DNA of 64,000 nucleotides from Mycobacterium sp. (GCA_032159915.1 JAVHWH010000062.1:145-64144); one strand, 5' to 3'. Positions 28,457 to 38,245 are shown, numbered from the stretch's first letter. Notes: a model not told the origin generated them from the sequence alone. Program-made: numbers and translations.

Positions 28457-30789
28457 GACTCAGCCTCTTCCAGCGCCGTCAACACGGAGATCGCGGCCTG
28501 CCCCAGCGCCAGCCCGCCGTCGTTTGGTGGCACTATGTGATGGGTCAGCACCGTGAATCCGGCTCGCTGGAGGCGTTCTCGGCACAGCCGCAGCAGCAGT
28601 ACGTTCTGGAAAGCCCCGCCGGTGAGGCCTGCCAACCGCACCGGCCCGGCGACCATGTGCACCGCTTCGACGACGGCGACCGCGACCGCCCGGTGGAATT
28701 CGGCGGCGAGCACCGCCGGTGGCACACCTGCGCGCAGGGCTGACACCATTTCCCGCAGCATGCCGGCGGGGTCGATCACTCCGTCGGGGTGTACGGCCAG
28801 TCTCAGGTGCGGGCCCGGCGTGTCGCCGATCGAGTCGGCGAGCGCCTCGAGTTCGATGGCGGCCTGGCCTTCGTAGTCGATCCGGTGCCGCACGTCCAGC
28901 AGCGATGCGACTGCGTCGAACAGGCGCCCCATGCTCGAGCACGGCACGCAGCCCGTGTTGCTCTCCAATTGTGAACGGGTCAGGCGCAATTCGGCCGGCG
29001 TCGCGGCAGTCACCGGATGTAAATCCGGTGTCCAGTCGATTCCGGCCATCCACAAATGAGACAGCGCCATCCGCCACGGATTGCGCACGGCCGCATTACC
29101 TCCCGGCAGCGGCACCGCCAACAGGTGGCCGGCCCGGACAAACCGGTGACTGTCAGGGCCGAGCTTGAGAATCTCGCCGCCCCAGATCGTCTGATCGCAG
29201 CCATAACCGGTTCCGTCGAACGCAACTCCGATAATGGGTTCGCCGATGCGCTCGTGCTCGGCCAGCAGCGAGACCACATGGGCGTGGTGATGCTGAATCA
29301 GATCGAGTGGCCGATCGCCGGCACGGCGCTCCGCCCAACTGCGGGTGTGATACCCGGGATGCAGGTCGGCGGCCAATCGCACCGGCTGGTGGCGGATTTC
29401 ACTGAGTTGGCCCACCGCTCGTTCGAATGCCCGCAGGGTTTCGAGCGTCTCCATGTCACCGATGTGCCCGGACAGGTATGCGCGTGCACCGTCGGTCAGG
29501 CAGAAGGTGTTCTTCAGTTCGCCGCCGACCGCCAGCACCGCTGGGCCGTCGCGACCGAGGTCGACGGGCAGCGGCGCATAGCCGCGGGACCGCCGGATCG
29601 GCAGTTCACGATCGTCGACAACCCGTACCACTGAGTCGTCGCAGGGCACATGAATAGGCCGGTCGTAGTCGAGCACCGCGTCGCTTAATAATGGAAGACG
29701 TTGCAGAGCATCGGCTTCGGTGAAGCAGATGGGCTCATCGCAGCGGTTGGCGCTGGTCAGCACCAAGCCATCGGGTGCCGGTAGATCGACACCTGGAACC
29801 GGCGCGAGCAGCAGGTGGTGGATCGGCGAGTACGGCAGCATCAACCCGATCAGCGGGCTGCCTGGTGCGACGGCGTCGGCGAGCGGCGCATTGCGGAGGC
29901 GCCGCAGCAGCACGATGGGCCGCGCGGCACTGGAGAGCACCGCGGCTTCGGCGTCGTCGACGTGTGCGTAGCTGCGCGCGATGTCTAGATCCCGCACCAG
30001 GACGGCGAAGGGCTTGGCGCGCCGTGCTTTACGGGCCCGCAGCGCACCGACCGCTGCCTCGTCGTCGACCCGGCATGCCAGGTGATAGCCACCGATGCCT
30101 TTGATTGCGACAACGGCGCCCGCGGCCAGCACCTGCTGGGTGGCCCGCAGCGCGGCATCGGTTCCTTCGACCCGCCCGTCCTGCGCGGCGAACCACAGCC
30201 TCGGCCCACAGCCCGGGCAGGCGATCGGCTGCGCGTGGAAGCGGCGGTTGGTGGGATCGTGGTATTCGGCGGCGCAGCGTTCGCACATGCTGAACGCCGA
30301 CATCGTGGTGGCCGGTCGGTCGTAGGGCAGGGCACGGATGATGGTGAACCGGGGACCGCAATTAGTGCATGTCACAAAGGGGTGGCGGTAGCGGCGATCC
30401 TTCGGATCGAATAATTCGGTGATGCAGTCGGCGCAGATGGCGATGTCGGGCGGAATCGGGGTGGTGGCACCGGCGGCGGGTTGGCTTTCCACGATGCGAA
30501 ACCCATTGTCACAGCGCGTGTCAGCGTCGACGTCGACGACCCGGACAGCACGGATGGCCGCCAATGGTGGCGCATCTGTGCGCAGCCGGCGACGGAATTC
30601 GTCAATGCGTGCGCCAGGCCCCTGCACTTCGAGGAAGACCGCGCCCGAATCGTTGCCGACAAATCCGTTCAGTCCCAGCTCGGTGGCGATCCGGTGGACG
30701 AACGGACGGAACCCCACGCCCTGAACGACACCGGTGACGGTGAACCGTTGCCGGACGGTGTTGGACAGCACCAGCGTGTCAGTCATCAT
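28453..30789 (-). CDS. hypF: carbamoyltransferase HypF
   Basis: GVVQGVGFRPFV acylphosphatase motif, CxxC zinc fingers, QHHHAH, PPNDGG. Confidence 0.98.
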   Translation of the reverse strand: MMTDTLVLSNTVRQRFTVTGVVQGVGFRPFVHRIATELGLNGFVGNDSGAVFLEVQGPGARIDEFRRRLRTDAPPLAAIRAVRVVDVDADTRCDNGFRIVESQPAAGATTPIPPDIAICADCITELFDPKDRRYRHPFVTCTNCGPRFTIIRALPYDRPATTMSAFSMCERCAAEYHDPTNRRFHAQPIACPGCGPRLWFAAQDGRVEGTDAALRATQQVLAAGAVVAIKGIGGYHLACRVDDEAAVGALRARKARRAKPFAVLVRDLDIARSYAHVDDAEAAVLSSAARPIVLLRRLRNAPLADAVAPGSPLIGLMLPYSPIHHLLLAPVPGVDLPAPDGLVLTSANRCDEPICFTEADALQRLPLLSDAVLDYDRPIHVPCDDSVVRVVDDRELPIRRSRGYAPLPVDLGRDGPAVLAVGGELKNTFCLTDGARAYLSGHIGDMETLETLRAFERAVGQLSEIRHQPVRLAADLHPGYHTRSWAERRAGDRPLDLIQHHHAHVVSLLAEHERIGEPIIGVAFDGTGYGCDQTIWGGEILKLGPDSHRFVRAGHLLAVPLPGGNAAVRNPWRMALSHLWMAGIDWTPDLHPVTAATPAELRLTRSQLESNTGCVPCSSMGRLFDAVASLLDVRHRIDYEGQAAIELEALADSIGDTPGPHLRLAVHPDGVIDPAGMLREMVSALRAGVPPAVLAAEFHRAVAVAVVEAVHMVAGPVRLAGLTGGAFQNVLLLRLCRERLQRAGFTVLTHHIVPPNDGGLALGQAAISVLTALEEAES

Positions 30790-31024
30790 CGCTGCTCCGG
30801 CCGATCAGCTCCAGACCCGTCATCGCCTGTTCGGCGCCGGTTTGGTCGGTCTTCTCGACGGCGAAGCCCATGTGGATGATCACCCAGTCACCGGGTGCCA
30901 ACGTTTCCTCCACCAACATGCCGACATTTACCTTGCGTTGCTTTCCGGCAACGTCGACCAGTGCGAGCTGGCCCTCGTAACCGTTCAGCATGCTGACCAC
31001 TTGGCCCGGTATGCCCAGACACAT
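30779..31024 (-). CDS. hypC: second HypC/HybG/HupF chaperone
   Basis: MCLGIPG start, GDWVIIHMGFA. Confidence 0.93.
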   Translation of the reverse strand: MCLGIPGQVVSMLNGYEGQLALVDVAGKQRKVNVGMLVEETLAPGDWVIIHMGFAVEKTDQTGAEQAMTGLELIGRSSDDD

Positions 31025-31027
31025 CGT

Positions 31028-31522
31028 TCAGCCCTGCCCTTCGACCGATGCCGCCGGCGATCGAGTCCGCAGTCCCGCGACGAGCTTCTCGACAGCGTCG
31101 ATGGCTCGTGGCACCGCGGCCGCGACGGCCTCGGTAAGGCCGATACCTTCGTCAACGCTTCCGACCTCGCAGCCGACGACGACCGTGTAGGGCGGTGCGC
31201 CGCCGAGTGCCTTCAGGCTGTCGAACACCGCCGCGGGATCCATGCTGTGGGCATCCAGACCGGTTGTGGCGGAATCTGATCCATGGTCAGCCTCGAAGAC
31301 GTGTAGGGCGCCCGGGCACCCGCGGCTCGGTATCGCGTCGACGAGGACCAGCGCATCCCAGTCGTCGAGCAAGTCGTAGGCCAAGTGCATGCCCCCGATG
31401 CCGTAGTCGACCACTCGCGCACCCGCGTTGCCCTGCTGGACTGCGACGCGCCGGACTACCTCGGAGCCGAACCCGTCGTCACCGAGGAATATGTTGCCGA
31501 TGCCGGCTACCAGGATGGGCAC
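31028..31522 (-). CDS. hydrogenase maturation endopeptidase (HyaD/HupD family)
   Basis: GIGNIFLGDDGFG, VDA, DAH. Confidence 0.94.
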   Translation of the reverse strand: MPILVAGIGNIFLGDDGFGSEVVRRVAVQQGNAGARVVDYGIGGMHLAYDLLDDWDALVLVDAIPSRGCPGALHVFEADHGSDSATTGLDAHSMDPAAVFDSLKALGGAPPYTVVVGCEVGSVDEGIGLTEAVAAAVPRAIDAVEKLVAGLRTRSPAASVEGQG

Positions 31523-31544
31523 TGAAACCGTGGGTCCGTCGAAA

Positions 31545-31664
31545 CTACATGTGCCGGATCTTCAGGTACCGCCGCGCGTCCGGCAGCGATATCAGCCCTA
31601 CCACAACTCCGGCCAGCGCGAGTAGTCCCAGAAGGCCGATAAACACCCATCCTACGATTGCCAT
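31545..31664 (-). CDS. 39-aa single-TM protein (DUF6893-like)
   Basis: MAIVGW...hydrophobic stretch...SLPDARRYLKIRHM; AAGGGA RBS. Confidence 0.75.
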   Translation of the reverse strand: MAIVGWVFIGLLGLLALAGVVVGLISLPDARRYLKIRHM

Positions 31665-31666
31665 CT

Positions 31667-32995
31667 TCAATTCCCTTCTATAGCAATGATTTCGAGTGGT
31701 TCCACTTCGTCGGGCGAGAAGTACAGGTAGCGGCCGTACCACTCGTGTAAGTCGGCAGCCGGATCGTCCTCGACGACAACACCGACGTGCTGGTTGCCGT
31801 CGACGTCTTCGTGCACCGAGGTGACGCGAGCCGTCTTCTCCGCAAAGAAAAGGTCTTGTGCGTCTGCCCGACGTGACGGATGCAGAAGCACTCGACTACC
31901 CCTTGCCACCCGGACACCATTTATCAGGACCGCATCCAGGTCGGGTTGTACCGCGTTGTCGGCTAACGGATCCCACCAATCAACGCCGTCGGGAATTTCG
32001 GGAATCAGATTCTCGGGCGCCCGTGGATCCCGCAGGGCACCGTGCAGGCGCGACATAGCCTCGGGCGACATGGCATCACAGCGGTCAATGATCTCCGCGG
32101 CCCGCGGGTCGGTGGCCCTGGCCTCAGCCTTCTCCCGGTCCGTCATGGTCATCACCCGCAGGGTCAGGATTTCGTCGATCTCGGTGCAGTCGTATAACGC
32201 GGTTTCGCTCTGTTCGGCGACCTCGGGGTGGTCGTAGAGGATGATCGGGGAGATCAGCAGCAAATCTTTGGCGCCCGCCGCGCCAGCCAGCACCGGGAAA
32301 CAACGGTGCCGGCTGCATCGAGACACCGCGTCGACGGCATTGCGCGGCGGCTCGAGGAGCGAGACGAACTGGCCATCAATGGCTTCTGCGATGACATGGG
32401 TGCCGATCAAGGATCGCGCGATCGCTTCATCCTTGTCTGCAGCAGGTTTACCTACGTTGGTAATGCATACCGATACCCGTTGCAGCGGGCCCTCTGGCTC
32501 GATGCGTATGGTCAAGCGAGCGTTCACCTCTCGCCGGTCCCGTATGAGCCGACCGCCTTCGACTGGTTCGACGCTGGTTGACCCGGCGGCGGTCAACGAC
32601 AAGGTCCATGGCTGACCCGAATCGTCGAGTGCGAAAGGGCCAAAGGATTCCTCGTGTTCGACCGCTTCGTCCCACGTCAGCCATGAACCGGACGATGTGA
32701 CCAGTTCGTCGACGGGTTCGAAGCTCCCGACGCCGGTGTCGCGCTCGGGACGGCGGTGTTGCAGTTGCAGGAACCGCACCACCAGGGTGATCGCCTGCGC
32801 CCCGTCGACGAGAAATTGCGCTGCGATGGTGTCGTCTTCGCCGATTCCGGCATCGGCCGCACCGGCCGGGCCCAGAACACCCCATTGCCAACGGGATTGG
32901 TTTCTGCTCGACGTCGCCCGGTATGGGTAGAGCAGGTAGCCCTCGTACAGGACGGCGTCGGCGACGGCGCGGGCCCGGTCCCAATCGGCGGTCAT
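31667..32995 (-). CDS. conserved hypothetical hydrogenase-associated protein
   Basis: ADAVLYEGYLLYPY, SPIILYDHP, EIDEILTLR; ATGA-coupled to the upstream gene. Confidence 0.8.
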   Translation of the reverse strand: MTADWDRARAVADAVLYEGYLLYPYRATSSRNQSRWQWGVLGPAGAADAGIGEDDTIAAQFLVDGAQAITLVVRFLQLQHRRPERDTGVGSFEPVDELVTSSGSWLTWDEAVEHEESFGPFALDDSGQPWTLSLTAAGSTSVEPVEGGRLIRDRREVNARLTIRIEPEGPLQRVSVCITNVGKPAADKDEAIARSLIGTHVIAEAIDGQFVSLLEPPRNAVDAVSRCSRHRCFPVLAGAAGAKDLLLISPIILYDHPEVAEQSETALYDCTEIDEILTLRVMTMTDREKAEARATDPRAAEIIDRCDAMSPEAMSRLHGALRDPRAPENLIPEIPDGVDWWDPLADNAVQPDLDAVLINGVRVARGSRVLLHPSRRADAQDLFFAEKTARVTSVHEDVDGNQHVGVVVEDDPAADLHEWYGRYLYFSPDEVEPLEIIAIEGN

Positions 32996-33654
32996 CGCGC
33001 CTCCTGGCGTGCGGCGTCCAGCAGCGCGGTGACCGCGTCCTCGATGCTCAACAGACCGCGCGTCGATTTGTAGGCGGCCAACGCGGTGATCGTGTCGTGG
33101 GACAGGCGCACCCATCCGGTCTCGGGATAATGCTGTCGGATCAGCTCCCGCCACACCGCTACCGGCATGTCGTAGCGGTCCTCGCAGTCCCACGACACCT
33201 GCTGAACGGAGAAGCCGCGTTCGCCCGACGTGAAAACCGTTCCGCTGAACAAGAATTGCAGTGGCATGGCACCGTCACGCAGCGCATGCAGGTACTTGGC
33301 GGCGGCAACCTCGAAATCGTAGGTGCACTCCAGAGGCAGCGTCATTTCGGTAGCGTGGACGAACGCTGGCACCATCGCTGTGCAGTGCTGCCACAAAAAC
33401 GTACGTTGGGTGGTGGCCCAGCGCTCCCGCGGCCCGAACAAATCACTCAGCCCCGCCGCTTCGGAGTCGGAATAGCCGCGTCGCAAAGGTTCGATGCGGA
33501 CCTGGCAGCGCAGCGCGATTGCCTGCACCGGTTCGTGGTCGGGCGCCGAAACACGGATGCGCGCGGTCAATACCGGTGCAGCCGCGTAGGGCTCGGGGAC
33601 CACGTCGAGGACGGTGAACACCAAGCCGGTCGCCTGGGCGGTGGGCTCAGCCAT
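32992..33654 (-). CDS. DUF6084-like hydrogenase-associated protein
   Basis: LRCQVRIEP, CTYDFEVAAAKY, FLFSGTVF. Confidence 0.78.
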   Translation of the reverse strand: MAEPTAQATGLVFTVLDVVPEPYAAAPVLTARIRVSAPDHEPVQAIALRCQVRIEPLRRGYSDSEAAGLSDLFGPRERWATTQRTFLWQHCTAMVPAFVHATEMTLPLECTYDFEVAAAKYLHALRDGAMPLQFLFSGTVFTSGERGFSVQQVSWDCEDRYDMPVAVWRELIRQHYPETGWVRLSHDTITALAAYKSTRGLLSIEDAVTALLDAARQEAR

Positions 33655-33718
33655 GAGCTCCGCTCCTCCTGCCCTGCTCGGATCGCACTGCCCTGTTGAT
33701 CGTCGCCGGCGCGGTCAT
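33647..33718 (-). repeat. MIRU element containing a 23-aa coupling mini-ORF
   Basis: ATGACCGCGCCGGCGACGATCAACAGGGCAGTGCGATCCG...GAGGAGCGG; overlaps both neighbours. Confidence 0.85.
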
Positions 33719-34341
33719 CGACACTGCTCCACACTGCGGTCAGCGAGCTGATCGAAGAAGGCGGCGATGAACTCGCGCGCCTCCTGGCCGCCGTCGAAGC
33801 CACGCCACAGCATCCGCAATCCACCGATGAACTCGTAGCACGCGTCGATGGGTACCAGATAGCAATCGGGCTGCTCGTCCCCGCGCACTCGCACCAGCAG
33901 CGCCTCGACGTCATCGGCGAGCAGGCCCACTCGGTGGTCGGCCGAATTGATCGCGGTCCACGCGTCGAGGTCGAGATCGGATTCGGTTGCGCCCGCAGGC
34001 CCCGGGTAGAACGCGACGGTGCGATCCAGCGCGGAGTTGCGGAAGAAGAACGCCAGACCGACCGGGATCTGCAGTGCCTCCCACGTGCGGCGATCAAGCG
34101 CGAAGTTGGGAAATGACAGATACCGGTCCGGAACCGAGCGGTAACGCAGTTGCGCGTGGCTGTCGGTGAACAGCAGATAGCAACCGCGGCACACGCACAG
34201 TAGTTGCCGGCCCGCCACATTCACCACATGCTGGTGCTCATCGGCGATCGCCTCCGAGCACATTTCGCACCGCTCTCCGGCCGGTTGCGGTGCCCGCCGA
34301 TTGCTGGTGATTCGGCTCAGGACGTCGTAGGGAGTGGTCAT
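33715..34341 (-). CDS. DUF5947-like protein with N-terminal CxxC motifs
   Basis: CEMC...HQH...CVCRGC, YPGPAGATES. Confidence 0.8.
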   Translation of the reverse strand: MTTPYDVLSRITSNRRAPQPAGERCEMCSEAIADEHQHVVNVAGRQLLCVCRGCYLLFTDSHAQLRYRSVPDRYLSFPNFALDRRTWEALQIPVGLAFFFRNSALDRTVAFYPGPAGATESDLDLDAWTAINSADHRVGLLADDVEALLVRVRGDEQPDCYLVPIDACYEFIGGLRMLWRGFDGGQEAREFIAAFFDQLADRSVEQCR

Positions 34342-34406
34342 TTGCGCCGCTCCTCCTGCCCTGTTCGGATCGCATCGCCCTGTTGATCGTCGCCGGCGCG
34401 CGTCAT
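34338..34406 (-). repeat. MIRU element containing a 22-aa coupling mini-ORF
   Basis: ATGACGCGCGCCGGCGACGATCAACAGGGCGATGCGATCCG...GAGGAGCGGCGCAAATGA. Confidence 0.85.
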
Positions 34407-35347
34407 GCCGGCGCGCCCATCGGCTCGGCCGGTACCGCGATGGACAGCACGCCATCGCGCAGTAGCAGGGGGATGGGATCGAGGTGTCGCGGGAGGCCGT
34501 CGTCGAGACTCGCCCCGGCGTGTACGACGTCGAAATGCGCCCGACAGCGGGGACATCGCAACACTGGCTCAGCGGTGCCCACCCGTCGGTGCAGGGCGGC
34601 GCCGGCCATGGATCCGTCGCAGGCCGGGCAGTGGTCGCGATAGGCGTACAACTGGTCGCCGACCCGGCAAGCCAGCACCATGACGCCGGCAACCGAGAAG
34701 CCGCCGACTTCGCCGGGAGCCAGGTCGGCCAAATCGGGCAGCGGATGCCAGGTCGCCGCTTTGCCGCCGTTGGCGTGACCTCTGGCATGGACTTGAGCCA
34801 GCAGCGATTCCGCCGGGATGACCGTCGTCGGCTCAGCTGGCGCGGCTTCGGGGGCGACCACCTCGATCGACGAAACCTCCGGTGCGGCAGCGCGAATCGC
34901 ATCCTCCACCGCCAGCTCCAGCGTCACAGCCGACGACGGGCAACTCTTGCAGCTTCCGGCGAACTGAAGCTTCACGGTATCGCCGTCGATGTCGAGCAGA
35001 TGCACGTCGCCACCGTGCGAGCCCAGATACGGCCGGACCCGGTCGAGTGCGTCGGAGACCCGGCGACGCACGTCGTGGGGGTGCAGTCCATGCACGAGCA
35101 GAAGGCTGGCTACCAAGTCGTCGGCGATCAGGGAGTTCAGCATGGCGGTGTCCGCCCGAGCGCCGAGTGCCGCCATTACCCGCGACAAGGCCGCGCCGTA
35201 GAGTTCGACGACCTCGCCAACCAACTGCTCGGCGCGCTCACGCGCGACCGTCCCACCGGCCGACGTCGCATCCAACAGCGTCTGGATCCGATCGCCCGCC
35301 GAGCGCCACAGCGCATCCCCCGCCAGCTCCTCGAGGCGATCAGCCAT
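34403..35347 (-). CDS. hhyE: NifU-like plus Rieske-like Fe-S protein (HhyE-like)
   Basis: VRPYLGSHGGD...GSCKSC NifU motif; C-terminal CPAC...CPRC; directly after the large subunit. Confidence 0.8.
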   Translation of the reverse strand: MADRLEELAGDALWRSAGDRIQTLLDATSAGGTVARERAEQLVGEVVELYGAALSRVMAALGARADTAMLNSLIADDLVASLLLVHGLHPHDVRRRVSDALDRVRPYLGSHGGDVHLLDIDGDTVKLQFAGSCKSCPSSAVTLELAVEDAIRAAAPEVSSIEVVAPEAAPAEPTTVIPAESLLAQVHARGHANGGKAATWHPLPDLADLAPGEVGGFSVAGVMVLACRVGDQLYAYRDHCPACDGSMAGAALHRRVGTAEPVLRCPRCRAHFDVVHAGASLDDGLPRHLDPIPLLLRDGVLSIAVPAEPMGAPA

Positions 35348-35350
35348 ACA

Positions 35351-37150
35351 TCACTCCCCGGTCGCCGCTTGTGTCGGTGAGTGCAGCCGCTCCAGTGTCT
35401 TGCCCCCACCGAGGTACATGTGCACACCACAGGGCAGGCACGGGTCGAAGCTGCGCACCGTGCGCATGATGTCGATGCCCTTGAAGTGCTCCCGATCGTT
35501 CTCCTCGAAAATCGGCTGTCCCTGCACGGCGTCTTCGTAGGGACCCGGCGTGCCGAAGCTGTCGCGCGGGTTGGCATTCCACGGGGTGGGCGGATAGGGA
35601 TGGTAGTTGGCGATCTTGCCGTCCCGAATCACCATGTGGTGGCTGAGCACTCCGCGAACGGCCTCGGTGAAGCCGCAGCCGATGCCATCCTTGGGCACGT
35701 CGAACTTCTCCCACGTCTTGGTGCGCCCAGCCCGTATCTCGACCAGTGCTTTTTCGGCGAAGTGCAACGCGCACGCCGCTGCATAGGCCTGAAAGTAGGT
35801 CCTCGCTCTGTCGCGCTCGATCGTGTTGGACCCGCGCTCAGGAATTTTCCATTCGAACTCGACCGGCCCTTTCAGAGCGGTCTTCGGCAGGTTGATCTGG
35901 ACCGAATGCCCGGTGGACTTGACGTAGCCGACGTCGACCAGACCGGCCAGCGCGGTCGACCAGAGCCGGGCCAGCGGGCCGCCGCCGGTGTCGAGAGCCA
36001 GGTGGTCCTTGCCGTCGAACCAGCGCGGAGACATCACCCAGCTGTAATTGCCGCCGTCCATGTCGCGTTTCTGCGGATGCGGGTTGGTGTGTTGGTTCCA
36101 CGGGTGCCGCCGGTCCACCGGATTACCCAACGGATCGGTTTTGACGAACATCTCCTGTTCGTTCCAGTCGTCGTAATACGAACTGCCCAACAGGATCCGG
36201 ATACCCAGGTTGATGTCGACCAGCGATGTGGTGACCAGCTTGCCGTCGACGACCACGCCGGGCGTGACGAACATTTTGCGGCCCCACTGCTCCATGTCCT
36301 TATATTCGAAGTTGCAGTACTCCGGGTCCTGGAAGGAGCCCCAGCAGCCCAGCAGCGTGCGCCGCAGACCGACGTTCTCGTAACCCGGTAGCGCCTCGTA
36401 GAAGAAGTCGAACAGGTCGTCGTGCATAGGGACGACCTTCTTCATGAATTCGACATAGCGCATCAGCCGACTCATGTAGTCGGTCATCAGCTGGATGGTC
36501 GCCACCGTGCCGACGCCACCCGGGTACAACGTGGACGGGTGCACGTGCCTGCCCTCCATGAGGCAGAACATCTCCCGTGTGTAGCGGCTGACTTGTAACG
36601 CCTCGCGGTAGAACTCGCCGCTGAACGGATTGAGCGAGCGCATGATGTCGGCGATCGTCTTGTACCCGTGCGCGTCGGCATGCGGCGCCCGGGTGTTCTC
36701 GGCTTTCGCGAGCACACTGGGGTTGGTCTCGGAGACCATCTTCTCGCAGAAGTCCACACCGACCAGATTCTCTTGAAAGATGTTGTGGTCGAACATGTAT
36801 TCCGCAGCCTCGCCCAGGTTGACGATCCACTCACCCAGATGCGGAGGCTTGACGCCGTACGCCATGTTCTGCGCATAGCATGAGCAGGTGGCGTGGTTGT
36901 CACCGCAGATGCCGCAGATGCGGCTGGTGATGAAGTGCGCGTCGCGCGGATCCTTCCCCTTCATGAAGATCGAGTAACCGCGGAAGATCGACGAAGTGCT
37001 ATGACACTCAACGACTTCACGGTTCTCGAAGTCGATCTTGGTGTAAATGCCGAGGCTGCCGACGATCCGGGTGATCGGATCCCAGGCCATCTCGACGAGT
37101 TGGCCGGGCTCGCGCTTCGCGTGGGACGGCTCGGGGATGATCGTTGTCAT
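35351..37150 (-). CDS. hhyL: group 1h [NiFe]-hydrogenase large subunit
   Basis: L1 TSRICGICGDNH, L2 SFDPCLPCGVH, cleavable C-terminal extension. Confidence 0.95.
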   Translation of the reverse strand: MTTIIPEPSHAKREPGQLVEMAWDPITRIVGSLGIYTKIDFENREVVECHSTSSIFRGYSIFMKGKDPRDAHFITSRICGICGDNHATCSCYAQNMAYGVKPPHLGEWIVNLGEAAEYMFDHNIFQENLVGVDFCEKMVSETNPSVLAKAENTRAPHADAHGYKTIADIMRSLNPFSGEFYREALQVSRYTREMFCLMEGRHVHPSTLYPGGVGTVATIQLMTDYMSRLMRYVEFMKKVVPMHDDLFDFFYEALPGYENVGLRRTLLGCWGSFQDPEYCNFEYKDMEQWGRKMFVTPGVVVDGKLVTTSLVDINLGIRILLGSSYYDDWNEQEMFVKTDPLGNPVDRRHPWNQHTNPHPQKRDMDGGNYSWVMSPRWFDGKDHLALDTGGGPLARLWSTALAGLVDVGYVKSTGHSVQINLPKTALKGPVEFEWKIPERGSNTIERDRARTYFQAYAAACALHFAEKALVEIRAGRTKTWEKFDVPKDGIGCGFTEAVRGVLSHHMVIRDGKIANYHPYPPTPWNANPRDSFGTPGPYEDAVQGQPIFEENDREHFKGIDIMRTVRSFDPCLPCGVHMYLGGGKTLERLHSPTQAATGE

Positions 37151-37189
37151 CGAACTGTGCTCCCTAGTTTCAAGCTGAATTCGTGCGCA

Positions 37190-38245
37190 CTACCAAGTGC
37201 GGCGAGCGCCCGTGGTGAGTGTGTCGCCCTTGTGTCGCCAGCGCGGTTCCTTATCGACGGTGCGCCCGGTGATGTGACGCAGGTTGCGAATGACCCCGCC
37301 GTACAACCCCGACGCGGCGGTCGAGACCTTGCCGCCCGGCGGCTCGTCCATGAACGGCATGAACTTGTCCGGGAAGCCCGGCATCGTGCAGCCGATGCAG
37401 ATCCCGCCGACGTTCGGGCACCCACCGATGCCGTTGATCCAACCTCGCTTGGGCACATTGCATTTGACCACCGGCCCCCAGCAACCCAGCTTCACAATGC
37501 ATTTCGGTGATCCGTACTCGGTGGCGAAGTCACCCTGCTCGTAGTAACCGGCCCGATCACACCCCTCGTGCACGGTTTGGCCGAACAACCACTGTGGGCG
37601 CAGCGCGTCATCAAGCGGGATCATCGGTGCCTGGCCGGTGGCCATGTAGAGCAGATAGGTCAGCGTCTCCGACAGGTTGTCCGGATGGATCGGGCAGCCC
37701 GGGACGCACACGATCGGGATTCCGGCCTTGCTCTTCCATTCCCAGCCCAGGTAGTCGGGGACGCCCATCGCGCCGGTCGGGTTGCCGGCCATTGCGTGGA
37801 TGCCGCCATAGGTGGCGCACGTTCCCACCGCGACCACCGCGGTTGCCTTGGGTGTCAATCGGTCAAGCCACTCACTGGTGGTCATCGGCTGCCCGGTCGC
37901 CGGGTTGTTGCCGAACCCACACCAGTACCCCTCGTCCTTGATCGCCTCGTTGGGAATCGAGCCCTCGACCACCAGGACGAACGGCTCCAGCTCGCCACGA
38001 TCGGCCTTGAAGAACCACTCGAGGAAATCGTCCGCGCCCCCATTGGGCCCGCATTCGAAATCGATCAGCGGCCAGTGCACGGCGACCTTCGGCAGCCCGG
38101 GAAGCGCGCCCAGCGCGATCTCCTCGACACTGGGTTGGGTGGCGGCAGTCAACGCCACCGAATCGCCGTCACAACTGAGACCCGCGTTGATCCACAGAAC
38201 GTGAATCAATGTTTCTTCCGCTTTGACTGCTGCTTCTGTTGGCAT
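37190..38245 (-). CDS. hhyS: group 1h [NiFe]-hydrogenase small subunit
   Basis: LSCDGD proximal motif, GTCATYGG, PGCP, HEGC, distal Cys cluster; no Tat leader. Confidence 0.94.
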   Translation of the reverse strand: MPTEAAVKAEETLIHVLWINAGLSCDGDSVALTAATQPSVEEIALGALPGLPKVAVHWPLIDFECGPNGGADDFLEWFFKADRGELEPFVLVVEGSIPNEAIKDEGYWCGFGNNPATGQPMTTSEWLDRLTPKATAVVAVGTCATYGGIHAMAGNPTGAMGVPDYLGWEWKSKAGIPIVCVPGCPIHPDNLSETLTYLLYMATGQAPMIPLDDALRPQWLFGQTVHEGCDRAGYYEQGDFATEYGSPKCIVKLGCWGPVVKCNVPKRGWINGIGGCPNVGGICIGCTMPGFPDKFMPFMDEPPGGKVSTAASGLYGGVIRNLRHITGRTVDKEPRWRHKGDTLTTGARRTW

